Below, in pieces: positions 7,044-8,623 of a stretch of DNA of 8,623 nt. The position numbers and the translations under genes are program-made. The DNA comes from a virus. Taxonomy: Duplodnaviria > Heunggongvirae > Uroviricota > Caudoviricetes. The notes under the pieces are model-generated. The model was not told the DNA's origin. It did not search any database and worked only from the letters and a program-made list of their open reading frames with translations. Position 1 is the stretch's first letter. Every line of letters starts with the position of its first letter. The stretch lies in IMG/VR virus record IMGVR_UViG_3300029085_000036; one strand, 5' to 3'.

Positions 7044-7253
7044 TCAGCCTGGTGGGCGGTTCCTGTTAGCTTTCATTACCCGGGGCTGTTTATTGAGAAA
7101 CTCATCAAGCGCAAATTTTGTAGGCGCTGGTTCTGTATTTGGTGGCATTTGTTTAGCGTGTGTCTTTTCTTTCTGGCGTGCAACAATGCTCTGTAAAAGC
7201 AATCTTCGTTGTTCTGCGAAAATCTCTTCAGTGGATAGGTATTTTTTGCTCAT
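7044..7253 (-). CDS. Hypothetical small basic protein (69 aa)
   Basis: Minus-strand ORF (MSKKYLSTEEIFAEQRRLLLQSIVARQKEK...) directly downstream of the 59-aa gene and followed by the terminator at 6960-6979. Overlaps the implausible 317-aa plus-strand ORF, which I reject. Confidence 0.45.
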   Translation of the reverse strand: MSKKYLSTEEIFAEQRRLLLQSIVARQKEKTHAKQMPPNTEPAPTKFALDEFLNKQPRVMKANRNRPPG

Positions 7254-7310
7254 AGTGCCGACCTGTAAAGCAATGCGCCGGAGTACCTCACACCACAGCG
7301 CTGATAGTGA

Positions 7311-7490
7311 TTATTCTTGCTCTTTAGCCTTGCGTCGCTGGCGGTATTCAACTTCTCGCTTTAATGCTGCTGTTACAAACTGCCCTGTACTTTCACCAGG
7401 CATTTTTACCGCCTCAACATTGTTCATAACTTCATGCGGAACCCTTGCCGCAACTGTTTGTGATTTTGCGTTTACTGCTTTTGTCGCCAT
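7311..7490 (-). CDS. Small 59-aa protein, possibly a ribbon-helix-helix or YlcI/YnfO-like prophage regulator; not in the supplied ORF track
   Basis: Hand-translated from the reverse complement: MATKAVNAKSQTVAARVPHEVMNNVEAVKMPGESTGQFVTAALKREVEYRQRRKAKEQE, with stop TAA at 7311-7313. ATG at 7490 has GAGGGG about 8 nt upstream. Divergent from the early operon across the repeat-bearing control region. Family assignment is from memory. Confidence 0.5.
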   Translation of the reverse strand: MATKAVNAKSQTVAARVPHEVMNNVEAVKMPGESTGQFVTAALKREVEYRQRRKAKEQE

Positions 7491-7540
7491 GTTGTGTACC
7501 CCTCACAAAAAACAAATGCAGTATGCAGGAAAAAAAACAA

Positions 7541-7593
7541 GTGTTCAACACTTGACGTGTTCAACACCTGAGTTTAAATTGGTGTTCAACACC
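7541..7593. promoter_or_regulatory. Three copies of a dyad-symmetric 11-bp motif GTGTTCAACAC (7541-7551, 7557-7567, 7582-7592) in the divergent control region; candidate operators
   Basis: Exact repeats read from the sequence. Each is an inverted repeat GTGTT-C-AACAC. Overlaps promoter-like hexamers TTGACG (7552-7557) and TAAATT (7575-7580) on the plus strand, and TTGAAC/CATACT on the minus strand. Confidence 0.6.
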
Positions 7594-7689
7594 TTGTTGA
7601 TGCAAGGTGCAGAAACGACGAAACCCGGCAGTGCGCTAACACTAACCGGGCTTCTAACCACCAACGATAGCAAGAATATCGAGGTAGCT

Positions 7690-7896
7690 ATGAGAAATCA
7701 TACCACACACCCGCAAGGGCGGGACTCACACAACCTGAATAAATACATCTGGCGTTTTATTGCCCTGAGCACCGCACAACCGCGCGTGATTCACATTGAG
7801 GCCACCAGCGAACAGGAAGCACGCCAGCAATCCCCGGCTGGCTGCGTGATGGTATTTACTGCCCGTATTCGTCAGGGGGTGCGCCATGTGCAATAA
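7690..7896 (+). CDS. Small 68-aa protein, possibly Icd/Kil-like host cell division inhibitor; first gene of the island early operon
   Basis: Internal ATG at 7690 of the long track ORF, with GAGGT 4 nt upstream. Sequence pattern (...WRFIALSTAQPRVIHIEATSEQEARQQSPAGCVMVFTARIRQ) resembles Icd-like proteins of P4-like prophages as I recall them. Stop overlaps the start of the next gene. Confidence 0.45.
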   Translation: MRNHTTHPQGRDSHNLNKYIWRFIALSTAQPRVIHIEATSEQEARQQSPAGCVMVFTARIRQGVRHVQ

Positions 7897-8338
7897 CACC
7901 CGTCCGGACGCAGCCGCCGAAGCAATCAAAACACTGATTGATGCGCTGATTGATATTTCTGTTATCGCGGACAGGGCGCATAAGCACGCCACCAGTGAAA
8001 CAGAATATGCCGGGGCTTTCGTTCCTCACTCACTGGCTGTTATGCAACTTAGTGCTGATATGGCACTGAATGAGGCTAAAGCCATCCTGATTGCTGATTG
8101 TGAAAATGGGGGGGTTATGCGTGATGATCGTTTTAATGCCCTGAAACAGGAATTTCCCGGCGTTCCTGATGATGCGGCTGATGCGCTTTCGTCAATGCCA
8201 GAACTTATTAGAGCGGCTTTTTTCTTACTTTCCACGAGAGAATATAAATCAACGGGGCTTGATGTACTGAATATCGCCGCCGATTATGCTGATTTCGTGA
8301 CAGAGGTTATTTTAAGAAAAACGACGGACGGGGATTAA
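7886..8338 (+). CDS. Hypothetical acidic 150-aa protein of the early operon (possibly the counterpart of P4 orf151)
   Basis: ATG at 7886 with a strong Shine-Dalgarno AGGGGG 6 nt upstream. Overlaps the upstream gene stop by 11 nt. Helical, acidic composition. Confidence 0.6.
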   Translation: MCNNTRPDAAAEAIKTLIDALIDISVIADRAHKHATSETEYAGAFVPHSLAVMQLSADMALNEAKAILIADCENGGVMRDDRFNALKQEFPGVPDDAADALSSMPELIRAAFFLLSTREYKSTGLDVLNIAADYADFVTEVILRKTTDGD

Positions 8339-8339
8339 T

Positions 8340-8573
8340 ATGCGTGATATTTACCACGAAACAATAGACCGCGCATTTCTTGCACTTTCTCACAGTGAAA
8401 ACATGCTGGAAATATTGCGCATATGGCTTGAAACACTTGGCGACAATGAACGCGACAAACAAAAATCAAGAATTGCCACGGCATTAATAACGCTTCTTGA
8501 GCCTGTAATAAATGAGTTGCAGGAAATAGAGACATTACACGACCAGTATAAAGCGCCCCACACCGGAGAATAA
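8340..8573 (+). CDS. Hypothetical 77-aa protein of the early operon
   Basis: ATG at 8340, one base after the stop of the 150-aa gene (tight coupling). No recognisable family. Confidence 0.5.
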   Translation: MRDIYHETIDRAFLALSHSENMLEILRIWLETLGDNERDKQKSRIATALITLLEPVINELQEIETLHDQYKAPHTGE

Positions 8574-8578
8574 AAATA

Positions 8579-8623
8579 ATGAAACTTAAATATTCTGGCT
8601 TAACTGCCAGTGGCAAAACTCGC
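8579..8623 (+). CDS. 5' end of a gene with an N-terminal Walker A (P-loop) motif; 3' end lies outside the window
   Basis: ATG at 8579 with GGAGA about 10 nt upstream. The 15 visible codons are MKLKYSGLTASGKTR, containing GLTASGKT, which fits GxxxxGK[ST]. Confidence 0.4.
   Translation, partial: MKLKYSGLTASGKTR

Larger units (their letters stand above)
4492..8623 (+). mobile_element. Left end of a P4-like integrative island (att arm, int, cargo, alpA, regulatory and early genes); continues beyond the window
   Basis: Abrupt loss of riboswitch sequence at about 4491, followed by a T/AT-rich repeat-containing arm, a tyrosine integrase, an AlpA-family gene, and a divergent small-gene control region with P4-like organisation. 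Confidence 0.75.

Noticed and set aside
6943-7896. Long 317-aa plus-strand ORF spanning the alpA-downstream region
   Set aside because: It overlaps two well-supported minus-strand small genes, a terminator hairpin and the operator-bearing intergenic region, and its translation is low-complexity and Cys/Arg-rich. Only its last 68 codons (7690-7896), which have their own ribosome-binding site, look like a real gene.
7726-8616. Minus-strand ORFs 7726..7992, 8026..8235 and 8335..8616
   Set aside because: Antisense to the tightly coupled plus-strand early operon, with no start signals and Ala/Ser/Cys-rich translations.
1-8623. CRISPR array or other long-period tandem repeats
   Set aside because: No regularly spaced direct repeats of 25-40 bp with unique spacers are visible. 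The repeats present are short operator or arm-type motifs.

Overview
Two-part window. Bases 1-4491 are an E. coli-type chromosomal locus: the 3' part of a fimbrial usher gene (yehB-like) and yehA on the + strand, then rcnB and rcnA on the - strand, the two RcnR operators, and rcnR on the + strand. Downstream of rcnR lies the 5' half of the thiM TPP riboswitch aptamer, which stops abruptly near 4491. From about 4492 to the window end is the left end of a P4-like integrative island: a repeat-laden att arm, a tyrosine integrase (GTG start), an AT-rich 239-aa cargo gene overlapping the int stop (ATGA), an AlpA-family regulator, a convergent pair of small minus-strand genes with their own terminator, a divergent control region with three dyad-symmetric GTGTTCAACAC repeats, and an early operon of small genes (68 aa Icd/Kil-like, 150 aa, 77 aa) ending with the first 15 codons of a gene carrying an N-terminal Walker A motif. 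The best candidates for something undescribed are the 239-aa cargo gene between int and alpA, and the apparent integration of the island into a riboswitch rather than a tRNA. Everything rests on reading the sequence and on recalled family knowledge; no search or computation was run, and gene names in the island are family-level guesses.
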